A DNA stretch of 64,000 bases. It comes from Podarcis vaucheri (Eukaryota). The DNA is taken from NCBI GenBank assembly GCA_965113315.1, contig OZ220364.1. The stretch is one strand, 5' to 3'. Each line of letters starts with the position of its first letter. Within the stretch, counting starts at the first letter, position 1. Position numbers and translations under genes: made by a program. The notes beneath the pieces were generated by a model that saw only the letters and a list, made by a program, of their open reading frames with translations, searched no databases and was not told where the DNA came from. This document shows, piece after piece, positions 1 to 12,555 of the stretch.

Positions 1-2557
1 TGCATAGCAGTGAGGCTGTGTGCAGGCCAAGTTAACAGCACAGGATTAGGAAAATAGGAAGCTGCCTTATACTCAGTCAGACCATTGGTCCATCTCAGCT
101 CAGTACTGTCTACTGTGTACTACTCAGTACTGTACCTGCGGCCTTCTCCTTGAAAGGTAGACGTTTTTCCCCTGAGCTATGGCCCTTCACCTGCTAAGGA
201 AACAGGCGGCAAACAACCATGCTTCATTGTCAGGTGCATTGCATCATATTGGCACAACCAGAGAGAGGACCCACTGATTTTTGCTTACCACATCCCTTAC
301 ACTGTTCTCAGCCTCCTGTCAGATTGTGAGGGGGACTTCTCTGTGCTAATTAACCTCTGAGATTCTTTGTGGCAGTTGACTTGTTCACAATTGCCACCTT
401 CCATGGGAGGAACAGGACTGTTACACAGTTCAAGGACATTTCTGGGTGTGTGGGTGTGTGTGACTGGAGATACTGTATAGCCAGTCTGTCAGAAAAGCAG
501 CCTTTTTGTTGCTAGGTTTCACACCACTGCAGGAAAATCCAGCTTTTTATTTGGAGCAGCCAGATAACGCCAGGGAACGTCTGTTTCCTTCCTGCACAGG
601 AAGTTCCTCCACCCAGGCATCATGTTAGAGGAAACCCCTGAGGGGGTTTGTCTCTGACAGGCTCAATTTTGTACGTCAAAGCTACACTTTCACCACACAT
701 GAAAAAAACAAACTGCATCACCAGGTGTGGCCAAGAAAACAGTGTGATGTCCAGAACTATGACAATGCTAATAAGGTTTCCAGGTTCCTAGATCCCAACA
801 GGATACAGAGACATTTCTGCAAAGATAAAAAAATTCCTTCTAGTAGCACATTTCTGCAAAGAGGCACTGGAAATTTCTACCACCTGTCCCTCTGGCAGTG
901 CTTCTGCACCTGTAACAGTGCGCTGGTACTTAGCGATAATGCCTTTAATTTTGAGGTTCCCCAATGTGGTGCTCATGGCATCCATGGTCCCTGAGCATCA
1001 TTCCTTTGATGCCCACGAAACCTCTGAGACTCCCCACCCACACTCCTGTTGGTCAAGAGGCAGTGAGAGTGGTTAACTTTTTTTTTCCTTTGAAAAGTAG
1101 ATACATCTGAAGGAGGAGGTTTGGACAAGTGACTTTCTTTCCCACTGCTGCATTAAACCTTATGCTTTTCGAAATTCTGCTGAATTAATTTGACTTTTTC
1201 AGAGATTCATTGGAAAAGCAGAGCGGGCATGTGCACAACTTCATTCTCCCTGTTTGTGTTGTGACTGATCCAGGGGACAGAAGTGATCAGAGGGGTGGCA
1301 TCCACAGCACACACTCAAAAATTCTAATGTGCCCATGGGCTTTTAAAAAAAGTTGGCAACGCGTGCCTTAAAATTCAGTAGTAGAAATTCTGTTTTTTAA
1401 AAAGCATACTGGGAAATGTGTGTGTTGCAGGTACACACTCATGGTTGTAAGTGGGACGGTAAACCAAACACAAACAGGAAGAACTGCTGATCAGTAAAAA
1501 TAAAGGAAAACTCAGACCTGGAACCTCACATAAACTAGTGTTTGAATTCTTCTGTGTTTCCTTTCCTTCTGACTTCTCTGTTTATAATCATCCCCGCCAC
1601 CTCATTGTGTGTGTGTGTGTGTGTGTGTGTGTCTGATGGTGAATTCTTATGCCATAATAAATATGTTGGACCCACAAGACCCATTGCTGTTTTTGCTGTT
1701 AACAGGGTAATATGGTGACCCCTCTAGAAATCTTTGTAAGAATCCCTAAGCTGAGAGATCTTGCAAAGTGTGCTTGCTGCTTCAGAGGCCTCAGTTGGAC
1801 ACCACAGGCTGCCTAACCAGTGTTGCTGTCCCAGCCACCCCCCAGCCACCTGTTCAGTCCGACCCCCAGTTCCTCTGCCTTTTTCCAAAGCAGATTCGGG
1901 ATGGGGGAGGGGAAACCAAAGGGCAGCCCATCTGCAATCTGATCACAGCTCCCCCTTCCCCCTCTCCCCTCTAGGAGTGGGGGCCCTGGCTAGATGGCTC
2001 CTCAAAGGACTGAGTCCTTTCCACTTCTTCAGAGGATAAAATTCCCAGTGGGAGGGGGAGGCTGGATGAATGCACTTGGGCAAGGCTGCAAATCTCTCCA
2101 GATAAAGGAGTTGCCACAGCCTGCCCTCACAATGGGGCTCTCAAAGGGGCTAGACTGGGAAGGAGCACAGAAGTTCGTCCCCACACAAAAGAGCTGGACG
2201 GCTCAAAATCCTGGCTGATTAGCACTGAGGAAAGAGGTGGAAGAGGAGATTTTTGTTATCGGACTGGACCTCTGCAGATCTGGGATTTAGAAATGCCACA
2301 TCATCTTGGAAAGGCTGTTTTCACATGTAACACTTACCAATCTTTCTTTTCTTTCTGCATTTTCCATGCCTAAAATTTGAATGTAAAAACTGGCTGTCTT
2401 CTGTTTTCATCAACATGCAAGGCAACACATTACTATCTCTGAATGTGCCCTCAGTTTAAGTGATATTTGGATACTCTCTCTTACACACACTACCCAAGGA
2501 AGCTGTTCTTCTCCACCTCTTAAGGTCTCTGGGGAAGAAAATCTAGTGTTATGTTTA

Positions 2558-3460
2558 CAGTGGTACCTCAGGAGCAAACTGCAGAAGATCCAAGTTTATT
2601 GCGCAACAGGTTCAAGGCGAGATTGAACCCCGAAGAAGGGGTGACAAGAACTTTTAAAGTTCCCTCCGTGTCCCAGAGTACAGTGCATGAAACGTCATGA
2701 ATACATTATGGGAAGGTTGGGTTTCACCAGTTACATCATGAATATAATTTACACGTCATGAATACATTATGAAAAGGTGGAGTTACATTAATTAACATTT
2801 CGGATGAGGGAGGGGGAACATGCGGAGTGAGAAATATACATAGATACACATGTATTGAGTACCGGTGGTGGCAAGACAATGGGTCAGAAATATGCATCGT
2901 CTGCCACCTAATATTGCCTAGAGGAAGGCTTGGCAAAACGATCTGGGTGGATTAAGAAGTTCCTGCGTACGTGACCTGCCGCTTTGGGGATTATGGAAGT
3001 AGGGACAGCATCATGGAGTCCAAGGGGAACTGAGTTGAATGGCACCAAGAACGAGCAGATCAGAACCACGGTTGATTTTATATCAATTTTTGAAGATTTC
3101 AGTGATTTCTAAGCCACTCTGTACTATAGAGCAAAAGCAGAAACAGAGTGGATACATTGTAACAGGATTTTGACAGTATTACTTGAGAGATTATGGAGGA
3201 CAGGGGAGGGGTGATGGAGTCCTAGAGAAATTGAGCAAATATATTGTAGTGAAGAAGACATTGCCCCCCCCCCGTTCCGTATCAACCTGAAACTGTTCTT
3301 AACCTGAAGCACCACTTTAGCTAATGGGGCCTCCTGCTGCCGCCGCGCCGCCGGAGCATGATTTCTGTTCTCATCCTGAAGCAAAGTTCTTAACCTGAAG
3401 CACTATTTCTGGATTATCGGAGTCTGTAACCTGAAGCGTATGTAACCTGAGGTACCACTG
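2558..3460. mobile_element. Tc1/mariner MITE (cagtggtacctc family) with an internal insert of about 700 bp
   Basis: TIR cagtggtacctcagg / cctgaggtaccactg with TA flanks. Family body resumes near 3275; 2573-3270 is foreign. Confidence 0.85.
2573..3260 (-). mobile_element. LTR-like segment (possible truncated solo LTR)
   Basis: Minus-strand order: TG at 3260, 19-bp direct repeats containing TGACGT (2753-2771 and 2692-2710), TATA-like TTTAAAA (2652-2658), AATAAA (2595-2600). CpG-richer than its flanks. Confidence 0.45.
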
Positions 3461-3794
3461 TAATTAGTTTTATTTAAACATATACCTAGAAAAAGGGCTG
3501 ACCATGTATTACTCTTCAGTGACACCCAAAGCTAGTTATATCATTTAATATAACATTTGCATTTACTACACATGTTTGTTTTTAAATACAAGTAGCTGGG
3601 GAGAACTGATAAATATCAGAATCACAGTGACAAGGGAGGGGAGGAGCTTAACCCTTTCTTCCCTTATTGTGGTCCTGAAGTGAACCCCTCTGGCTTCTCT
3701 GAGGCTGCAAGCCTATCTGCACATGCCAGGGAATAAACCCTATTGAACTTTTTGATGCATAGGATTGCATTGTGAAAATGTTATTTGTATGGAG

Positions 3795-4005
3795 AGACAG
3801 TGTGCTGTCATAGAGTGTTGAACTATTACATGGGCGACCAGAGTTCAAATCCCCACTAAGCCATGAGGCTTACCAAGTGATCTTGGGTCAGTCACTATCT
3901 AACCCACCTCACAAGGTTGTTGTGTGGATAAAATGGGGAGTGGAGAACCATGTACACCACCTTGAGGAAAAGGTGGTATATAAATGTAATAAAATAAATA
4001 ATAAA
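3795..4005 (+). mobile_element. MIR-like / L2-tailed SINE relic; second copy near 25615-25835
   Basis: B-box-like gagttcaaatcccc, core gtgatcttgggtcagtcact...acctcacaaggttgttgtg, and an (aata)n tail. Confidence 0.6.
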
Positions 4006-6603
4006 TTTGTATGGAGAGGACCCCCCTCCCCATTAGCATCAGATGGAAAGTTCTTCCCAACGCAAATAGCACTTTCAGAGGAAGGTTTTCCTCCACAACC
4101 ACATCAGAGAGTGGAAGTATGTAAGTTCTCCCTCTATATCTGCTGCAACACCAACAATTATCATCTTCCCACAAGCTGATATTTGCATTAAAAACAACAA
4201 CCACCTGCATCTTAAAGGCAAATAAAATTTTAACTTGATATCTAGTTTTTTCCTCCCTTTGTCTCATAGTAGGGCTGGCCATGCCTTTAAGAGAGAGCCT
4301 TTCTGTACAAATAAAAGGTCTCATTGAGGGTATGCACCATTCCTGGCTGTAGGCAGAGGCTTACATGGCTGGATTTCTCAACATACACCTTACATGTAGA
4401 AGACTGGGCAAGACCACACCAGCCTGATATCTCATTATCTATAGCTAGGTTTGTTGTAGTTTTTAAATTGTTTGGACTGAGCCGTAGCTAGTGGGGGTGT
4501 GAAATGTAGCCAGGTTTTTTGCCCTGGGTGAAGCCTCTAGAGGGGTGCTATTGATGCTCCTAGCCTGTGTGAATGTGTATGCAAATGTGCATGTGAGGGG
4601 GGCCAAACTGTTTTTTTGACCCGGGTGAAATAAAGCCTGGTTTGGAGGAGCAATTAATCATCTGAGCAAGCACATACAGATGGAAGAGTTTCATCCCACA
4701 TGTTTAATACCTCAGGGAGAACTAAACCCAAGTATGCCCTAGGCCCAGCTTTTGCTTCGGACACCTAAAACTTATTTTTTTAAAGTCTCTGTTGTGATAT
4801 CTTCTAGCAAAATGTGGAAGGAGGGTACATACTCAGGCTGCAAAATGCTGACAATGCTTCTGTTCATTCTTCCCTTTCTTAACAAATAATGATAATCTGG
4901 GCAGAGAAACATTCCTGCTCAGGAAAATTAGGAAGCTTACACAGCCTCCAAAGCATTAAAACAAAATGAAGTCTCAACAAAAGGGTCACAGAATAGCAAG
5001 ACACTGCTGTGTTTGTGTGTGTGTGGCATAGAATAGTCTTACTGACCACATGAGCTCTCTGTTCCCACAGAGCAATTGTTGAACAGGGACACCAAAGAAT
5101 TGAAAATAGAAAATGGGATGCCCCAAATGGTGTGTTCATTGAAGCATGGTGGGGCCTAGAATTTGTCTCTGTCATGAGTGCCATGGGGGTGTCATGGAGG
5201 CATCTGCAGAGGAATGGGAGTTGGAGCTGGAGGACCCTGGCGAGGGTCCTAGCAAGATGTGGGTGGTGGAATCAGGACCTACCCGAGCCCAGGGAGGGGT
5301 CTGAAATCTGGATCCAGGGAAGAGGCTGTGAGCTCATCCACACATCTGCTTGGCCTGTATTTTGCCCTGTGAAAATCCTGCTGAGCCTTTTAACCTGTAC
5401 CAATGTACCAATCTGAGTTGAGCATGATAGTCTTTGGCAGAACTGGGAGTTTGAGTTCTTCATCTGGCAGTGAGGGCCAGGACAGTCTCATATACATCAA
5501 ACATTTAAAGCACATTTCCCCTCTCAACTGTAGTTTGTTAAAGGTGCTGGGAATTGTAACTCTGTGTGTGTGTGTGGGTAAACTACAGTTCCCATGATTC
5601 TTTTATTTTTTTGGGGGGGGAGAGCATTATTTAAATGTGTGGTGTGCATGCAGCCACAGCCCACAGGGAAACCTGAATGGAGATAATAAATACATTATCT
5701 GAGGGAAGTACTACATTTCCTCTTGAGAAAACATTGTGGCCTGTATGATAAAGCAGTATCTCTGAAACAGAAAAACAGCCTTCGGAGTGTGTATGAACTA
5801 TGTGAAACCAAAGAGAAATGTGCAATGATTGGACAGGGAAGTGGAAGGACCCTTAATCGCATCCTTTTGGCCCAATCTTTTGAGATCACTGATTCCAGGA
5901 GGTCAGCCCAAGACATTTTTTGCTGCCTGAGGTGAAGGACAAGTTCTCCATCTCCCCCATTCCAGAAGCTGATCATATGACCAGTTGAATCTTCCTTCAG
6001 CACTCGCAACTGGGCAACATTATTCACAGCATCCAGTGACAGCAGGATAGCTCTGGGGTATGCGTGTGCAGAGCAGGTTCTGTCCTCCAACACCTCACCA
6101 CCTTTCCCTGACCACGGATATCTGCTCCCTAAGGTGGCTGTGTCTCCCTCACTTTCCCTTAGTCACTTGAGCCGTTATAAAACCCCAACAACCTCAGTTT
6201 TCCTCCCATCCATACAGCCTGAGTAACTTGCACTAGGTACACCAGGATTAATCACCAGAACTTGTTTTCAGTACTACATCTGAATCCTGGAACATGTAAC
6301 ATAAGAAAGAGCTTTTGGGTTTCTGCAGGGCTCACTCTCCTAATCCTTGAGTGGCTACAGCTGTGCCCCTTCTGGCATTTGGGAGAAGCTGTGTGTGTCT
6401 CCTGATCATGGGTCAGGGAGAAGGCTTGGCTTACCTTCTCATTCAAATCTTTTTTTCCCTACAACTCCAGGCAGGCCTCAGCCCAGGATCTCTCATTTCT
6501 GAGATCAACTGCTGCAGGCAGCACATATCATGCTGTCAGTTTTCCTCTCATCTCAATGTAAATGGTCAGTTCTCTACTGTGCCCTCACCCGACTGTAGGA
6601 AGA

Positions 6604-6775
6604 CAGGAAGCTGCCTTATACTGAATCAGGCTATTGGTCCATCTAGGTCAATATTGTCTACACTGACTGGCAGCAGCTCTCCAGGGTTTCATGTAGGGGG
6701 TCTCTCCCTGCCATATCTGGAGATGCCGGGAATGGAGTCTGGGATGTTTCATATGCCAAGCAGATGACCTAAGGC
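6604..6775 (-). mobile_element. tRNA-derived SINE relic (Squam3-like); further copies near 54-185 and 37250-37395
   Basis: aggaagctgccttatactga...ccatctag.tca.tattgtctacactgactggcagc...ctggagatgcc is shared among three loci; a tRNA-like head lies on the minus strand. Confidence 0.6.
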
Positions 6776-9596
6776 TAGTTCCCCAAAGGGAAGGAGGCTT
6801 GTAGGGACATTGTAACTTCCCCCGACCTCTCAGATGTGTGGTCTTTGCTGCCTGTGACTGGTGGCAGCCCCTGAGGCTGCGCTACACAATAAAACTGCCC
6901 TTCGCCTCTCTCTGCTTCGAACAAACAAGCCTCAGCATGTTGAGGAGATAACACACAGTTCCATCTGACTTCTTGACAGCACAGGAAACCCACATGCGCC
7001 CGAGCCGAAGGAAAATCCCAAAGAAACGCAGGAAGCCAGGCTCATAACAGGCAGGAAATACGAGAACACTTGCTGACATTCCAGAACAGGGAGTGAAACA
7101 GTGCCTGTTAATCCCCGAAGCCAGCACTCTGGGCCCCCTGAGCTGTTCCTTAATGTCCATTCACACACAACATTGACTCCTGCTGGAAATGTAATTCTGT
7201 TTAGCACGTTTTGTACATTCCTCTGATTGCTTTCAGGCATTTCATGGTGGGTGTAAATGAGGCTGATAATAGTCTCTGGGCCAACAGGTATCTCAGATAG
7301 GAGAAACCATGTTTTTTAAGCGATAACCATCTCATCACCTGTGTGTCTGTTGTATTCTTTATATCACCTTCTACTATGGGTTATACTGATGGTCTCTAAA
7401 CCACTATTCTTCAACCATGGGCCCCCAGATGCAGCTGGAATACAACTTCCATAATTCTTGACTATTGTCTAAGATGGCAGGGGATGATGGGGGCTGTAGT
7501 CCAACAGCATCTGGGAACCCACAGTTGAAGAACATAGCTCTGCACCTTATGTTTGCACCAGACCCTTGACATGTTGGAGACTCAGTTCTCACTGAGGTGG
7601 TAAATCTCTTACTGGACCTTACCACTTCAGACAAGAGGCAATAACTGGCATTATTTAATGCTATCTGAGGCAAGCCCCCATTTTAAGGCCCACCCCCCAC
7701 TAGCTGTCAGACATAAGGGTTTAAAACTAGCGTTCTGACAGCCATGGAGAACTATGACTCTTCAGATGTTGTTGGACTCCAACTTCCAACCAACCTAGCC
7801 AAAAGTCAGGGATGGTGTGTGTTGTTGTCCAACTTCTGGAGGGCCATCCCTGGTTTAAATGGTAAGAGATACGATTTACATTAGAGGCTAGAACAATGGC
7901 CCAGATAAGGCACTGAAATGTTTTCACTGGCCATTAGAAATAATCTAGACAAGTATACAGTCATCTGGCAGACATGTTTTAGGTCTGCTTCATATACTAA
8001 TGTGATGAGTGGGATTCAAGTATTCTTAACAAATAACTAAATTAAAAGTAAATGTAGATTCTAGATGTGTGTCAAACATATATGCAATGTAAGGGAACCA
8101 AAATTGGCTGTGGTAGGAATATTTCACAGCAAAATGTTTCTGTAATCATCCAGTGTATGTAATATGTGGGGTGTACCTTATCTGTATGGAAGAGCTGGAG
8201 AATCCCAGGCCTGGGAAGCTATCTTTTTCATTTTCTTCAGATCAATTTTGTTTATAGGCTGTCACAATGAAGGGGGAGAAAGGCAGGAAAGCTGCTCACT
8301 AGTTGGAGTTTATAGGCCACTTGGACTAGAAGCTACCTGGATTAGTAATCCGGCCATTTCAGACCAGCTAAAGTCTCCTAGTTGTCTTTGACAGCTGACG
8401 CACATTGAACACTTTGCAATAATCATAGTGCACTAGTTATATTTTCTTCACTACAGTCTTCCCCAATTATTTTCTGAATATTCAAGGTATTCTGTTGTCC
8501 TTGACAAAGTCCCAAAGCAATGTTTAAATGTCATTTGTTTTTAATTAGGCAGCTGTCCGCAGATGCTCCCTATTGGTTCTCAAAGGCTACCATGACCAGA
8601 TCAAGGAACAATTAAAGAAGCTTTCAGAAAGAGTTGGATCTATGTAAGCCCAGGATCCAGACTTTAACAATGGAATGCTGTAAATGCTTGAGACAACATA
8701 CAGTAGCTATTTGTTTTTGTTTGCTTATTAAAAAAGATATTCCCACCAAATTAAAAATGGGCTGTTTTACAATCATCGAATCAGAGAATCATAGAGTTGG
8801 AAAGGACCCTTAGGGTCATCTGGACAAATTAAAACAGTAATTCAGTTACAGTTTTAAAACATACATTTCAATGTACATCTAAATAATAATGTTCTATGGT
8901 ATTTATGAGGTGAATCTCAAAGGAGAATTGATTCCAGCATTAAGACTTTCTCAAAAAAGACTCTACCTGGAGCCACAAATTATGGACTAAAGAAAACAGA
9001 AGCAAGGCTTCTTTGTGTGACCTCAAAAACTGAAAGAACTGAATCTTTCCCTAAATAATGTAATGTTGGGTCATCTTAACTCTCCTTTTAATATCCATTA
9101 AATGGAGATTGACTTTATCAATGCAGAAAGCTCTCTCCTTTTTTCATTGTAATAGTCTATGAGAATCCTTTTCATTCAGACAGATGCTCTTCTGCTCTCT
9201 ATAATTTCTCACTAATGTACACTGTACTTTTATCTCAAGCGGTAATATTTACCCACTAGCTAAAAGTAGCCCAGTCAAGCACACTTGCTTACTTTTAAAA
9301 GAGCTGCAGCAACTGGTTAAACTCTTTGAGCAGAGCACAGGCGCCATTGTGGGGCTTTTGTCTGAAAGTATATGCTATTAAGTCTCAGCTGTAAATATTC
9401 TGAGGCAGGTACCTTTGATAACTATTTGCTGCTTTTCCACGACACTCAAAGTCAGCTGCCTGGGGCCTAACAAACAGGTGAAGACTTTGTGCAAGAACAG
9501 GAAATTCAGAGAAGCAAGAGTGCCAGATAAGACATAGCAGACATAAAAGACCGTGATATAAGAACCAAGGCCATGCAGAAGAACACTTTGGAAATA

Positions 9597-9795
9597 AAAA
9601 AAGTCCTTCCAGTAGCACCTTAGAGACCAACTAAGTTTGTTATTGGTATGAGCTTTCGTGTGCATGCACACTTCTTCAGATACGAAAGCTCATAACAATA
9701 ACAAACTTAGTTGGTCTCTAAGGTGCTACTGGAAGGACTTTTTTTATTTTGTTTCGACTACGGCAGACCAACACGGCTACCTACCTGCAACTAGA
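9597..9795. mobile_element. Penelope-like element pLTR fragment with 5' inversion
   Basis: 68-bp inverted repeat (9592-9659 / 9682-9749, 1 mismatch) of the motif gtagcaccttagagaccaactaagtttg...agctttcg. 12-bp TSD actttggaaata at 9585-9596 and 9796-9807. Family assignment is from recalled reptile Penelope pLTR sequence. Confidence 0.8.
9646..9683 (-). ncRNA. Minimal type I hammerhead ribozyme motif (Penelope-associated)
   Basis: Minus strand: GUAU-CUGAAGA-A-GUGUGCAUGCACAC-GAA-AGCU-C/AUAC. Contains the CUGANGA and GAAA cores, a palindromic stem II, a palindromic AGCU stem III, a UC cleavage site and stem I GUAU:AUAC. Confidence 0.72.
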
Positions 9796-11405
9796 ACTTT
9801 GGAAATAGGCCTAGAACACTTTTTTTTTTAGATGGCAGGAAGTTGAGATGGTGGGCCCTTTTAGCTCATGTCTTCATCCAGCTGTGAAGCAAGCATTGCT
9901 CCTGCTTATACTGAGTAGAAGAAAAAACAACTCAGGACAGAAGTTCCTTAAGCCAACTCAGGACACCACACTGCAGTTTCTCCATATCCTGAATATGCAT
10001 TTAACGGCCTCTTAATAATAATAAATTGCCTTGTAGACATTTTTCTCTTTGCTTCAGTGTTGCATCATCAAGAACTTGTTTCCATGCAAAGGGCGGAAAA
10101 ATATATTTATATAATTAGCTTTCTTTATTAGGTTTAGCCACTGGAAAAAGAACCCAAGCCAGAGTAATAGGGACGTTCTTGCCAGGTCTCCACAGAACAC
10201 CAAAACTGCTCCAAGAACAAGTCTGAGAGCCTCTGTTTGAGCTGCTCAGCCTCAACCTCAAAGGGACAATGGATTTCTCAGCAGATACCCTAGACATTCT
10301 CTTGCAAACCTCTAACTTAGCCATTTCTTGCAGCTCATTATTGCAAGCCACTTGTGCATCACTCTACACCAATGATGACAGACCCCTGCTACTGTTTAAA
10401 TAAGCATTTTTCTGTCATTAAAGAGAGATGAGTCAAAGGCCTGGAATATGCTTTTGCCAGAGGTTAGTGATTCTCCTTCAACTTCCTTCTGCCTCTCATT
10501 CACCCATGGGAGTGCAAACAAGTCAGAAGCTGAAGTGAATCAAGGTACTGTTGTTTTAAAATAACTCCTGGCATAAAATGGATCCTATTGGCGCATCTAT
10601 ATCCCCACCATCACTGCCAATCTCCCACGTCCTGTTCACCACATCAGCAAGCCAGTGCCGTTGCAATACTTCTGCAGCGCTTGGAAATATCTGGTCAGTA
10701 CTTACAATTGACCTTGCAATTCCAGCGATCTCAGTTTGAAGGTAAGGACACATCTCAGTATCCTGAGAGCAGGATTTCCTCTGCTTGTCAAAATGCTGAT
10801 GGCGATGCCAGAAGAACTGAGTCAGCATTTGAGCCTCGGTTCCTTCCTGCCCCAAAGATGCAACTCTGCAGTGTTTTTCAGGATCACGAGATTAAAAGGA
10901 AATGAAGTCTTCCAGAGTGTTCCTGACTATAGTTACCTACTTGGCTATAGATTCACACAAGGAATCACAGCAGTACAGGGGCAGTGAATCCTCACTGCAG
11001 CTGGAAGGGGGGAATGGGGAATAGTCCAGGAGAAGAAAATCACAGAATCACTCATGCAGAAAAGTTGGAGAGTGGATTTATTTATTTTTTAAAGAGAGTG
11101 GGAAGGGCAGGTTCAGTATTCTTCAAGATATGGCACCACCCTCCCTACCCACAACACCACTTGCAGCAGGTTACACCGCTCTGTTGTAAGGTGACCTGCA
11201 ATCCTGTAAACCCCTATTCTTAATCTTGAAGGGAAATATTCCATCTCAAGGCTGAGTGTATGAATTTGCCTATGTGGACATTCAGGCATCAAGAGCCTAT
11301 TCTCTTCACTCTTGGAAATCAAAGAGTAATGTGGGAGAGACTGGGTCTTTCATTTTTAATCCAGGAAGGTGGGTTTGGGATTTGGAGCCTAGTCCTAGAT
11401 ATCTA

Positions 11406-11750
11406 GGGACGCGGGTGGTGCTGTGGGTTAAACCACAGAGCCTAGGACTTGCCGATCAGAAGGTCGGCGGTTCGAATCCCTGTGATGGGGTGAGCTCCCG
11501 TTGCTCGGTCCCTGCTCCTGCCAACCTAGCAGTTCGAAAGCACGTCAAAGTGCAAGTAGATAAATAGGTACCACTCCGGCGGGAAGGTAAACGGCATTTC
11601 TGTGAGTTGCTCTGGTTTGCCAGAAGCGGCTTAGTCATGCTGGTCACATGTACGCCGGCTCCCTTGACCAATAAAGCGAGATGAGCGCCGCAACCCCAGA
11701 TTTGGTCGCGACTGGACCTAATGGTCGGGGGTCCCTTTACCTTTACCTTA
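11406..11750 (+). mobile_element. Full-length Sauria SINE
   Basis: Starts gggacgcgggtggtgctgtgg with B-box ggttcgaatccc and ends in an (ACCTTT)n tail. TSD cctagatatc at 11394-11403 and 11751-11760. Confidence 0.92.
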
Positions 11751-12320
11751 CCTAGATATCCAACAAGGAATGAGGCATGGAATATGGCTTACATCTCTCG
11801 TTAAATTGGGATCCTACAGAGGATGTCACGCTGGGTTGCACTGAGTACAGGAAACATTGGGTTAAGGCCAACTAAAGTTTTACTACCTGAGGTGGTCCTG
11901 TCCATTAATTTTGATGGCTCTGCTCTATGACTAACACTGGATACGACTCATGATTTACAGCAGCACATCCCAGTCTCTGGAGGGCTCAGAAAAAACAAAC
12001 ACAGATGAGAACATTCGAGAATTTGTGCTGACATAAAGATCCTTCTGACGCAGAACAGGATGCCCAACTAGTACACTGCTGAGCACCAGCAGGTTGTGCT
12101 GCTTTATACTGAGAGGACTAAAGGCTCTAAGGCCGGTGTGGAGAACCTTTGGCCCTCCAGATATTGCTGAACTACAACTCCCTGGCTGAGGCTGATGGAA
12201 ACTGCAGTTCGGCAACATACAGAGGGCCAGAGATTTCCCATTACACTTAAAAGAAACTTAAAATACAACCCTATGCCTGTTTACTCTGAAGTAAGTCACA
12301 CTGGGGTCCCCTTGTGAATA

Positions 12321-12555
12321 CAGTGGTACCTTGGGTTACATATGCTTCAGGTTACATACGCTTCAGGTTACAGACTCCGCTAACCCAGAAATATTACCTT
12401 GGGTTAAGAACTTTGCTTCAGGATGAGAACAGAAATCGTGCAGCGGTGGCAGCAGGAGGCCCCCATTAGCTAAAGTGGTGCTTCAGGTTAAGAACAGTTT
12501 CAGGTTAAGAATGGACCTCCGGAACAAATTAAGTACTTAACCCGAGGTACCACTG
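12321..12555. mobile_element. Tc1/mariner MITE (cagtggtacctc family), opposite orientation to the 25290 copy
   Basis: TIR cagtggtacct / aggtaccactg with TA flanks; internal sequence is the reverse complement of the 25290 copy. Confidence 0.92.

Noticed and set aside
10556-10987. Overlapping ORFs plus strong donor-like sites on both strands (minus GTAAGT near 10700, plus AAG|GTAAG near 10741)
   Set aside because: No recognisable protein similarity and no convincing acceptor; an exon cannot be supported without RNA data.
11406-11480. tRNA-like A/B boxes
   Set aside because: This is the head of a Sauria SINE with tail and TSD, not a tRNA gene; the same applies at 41439.
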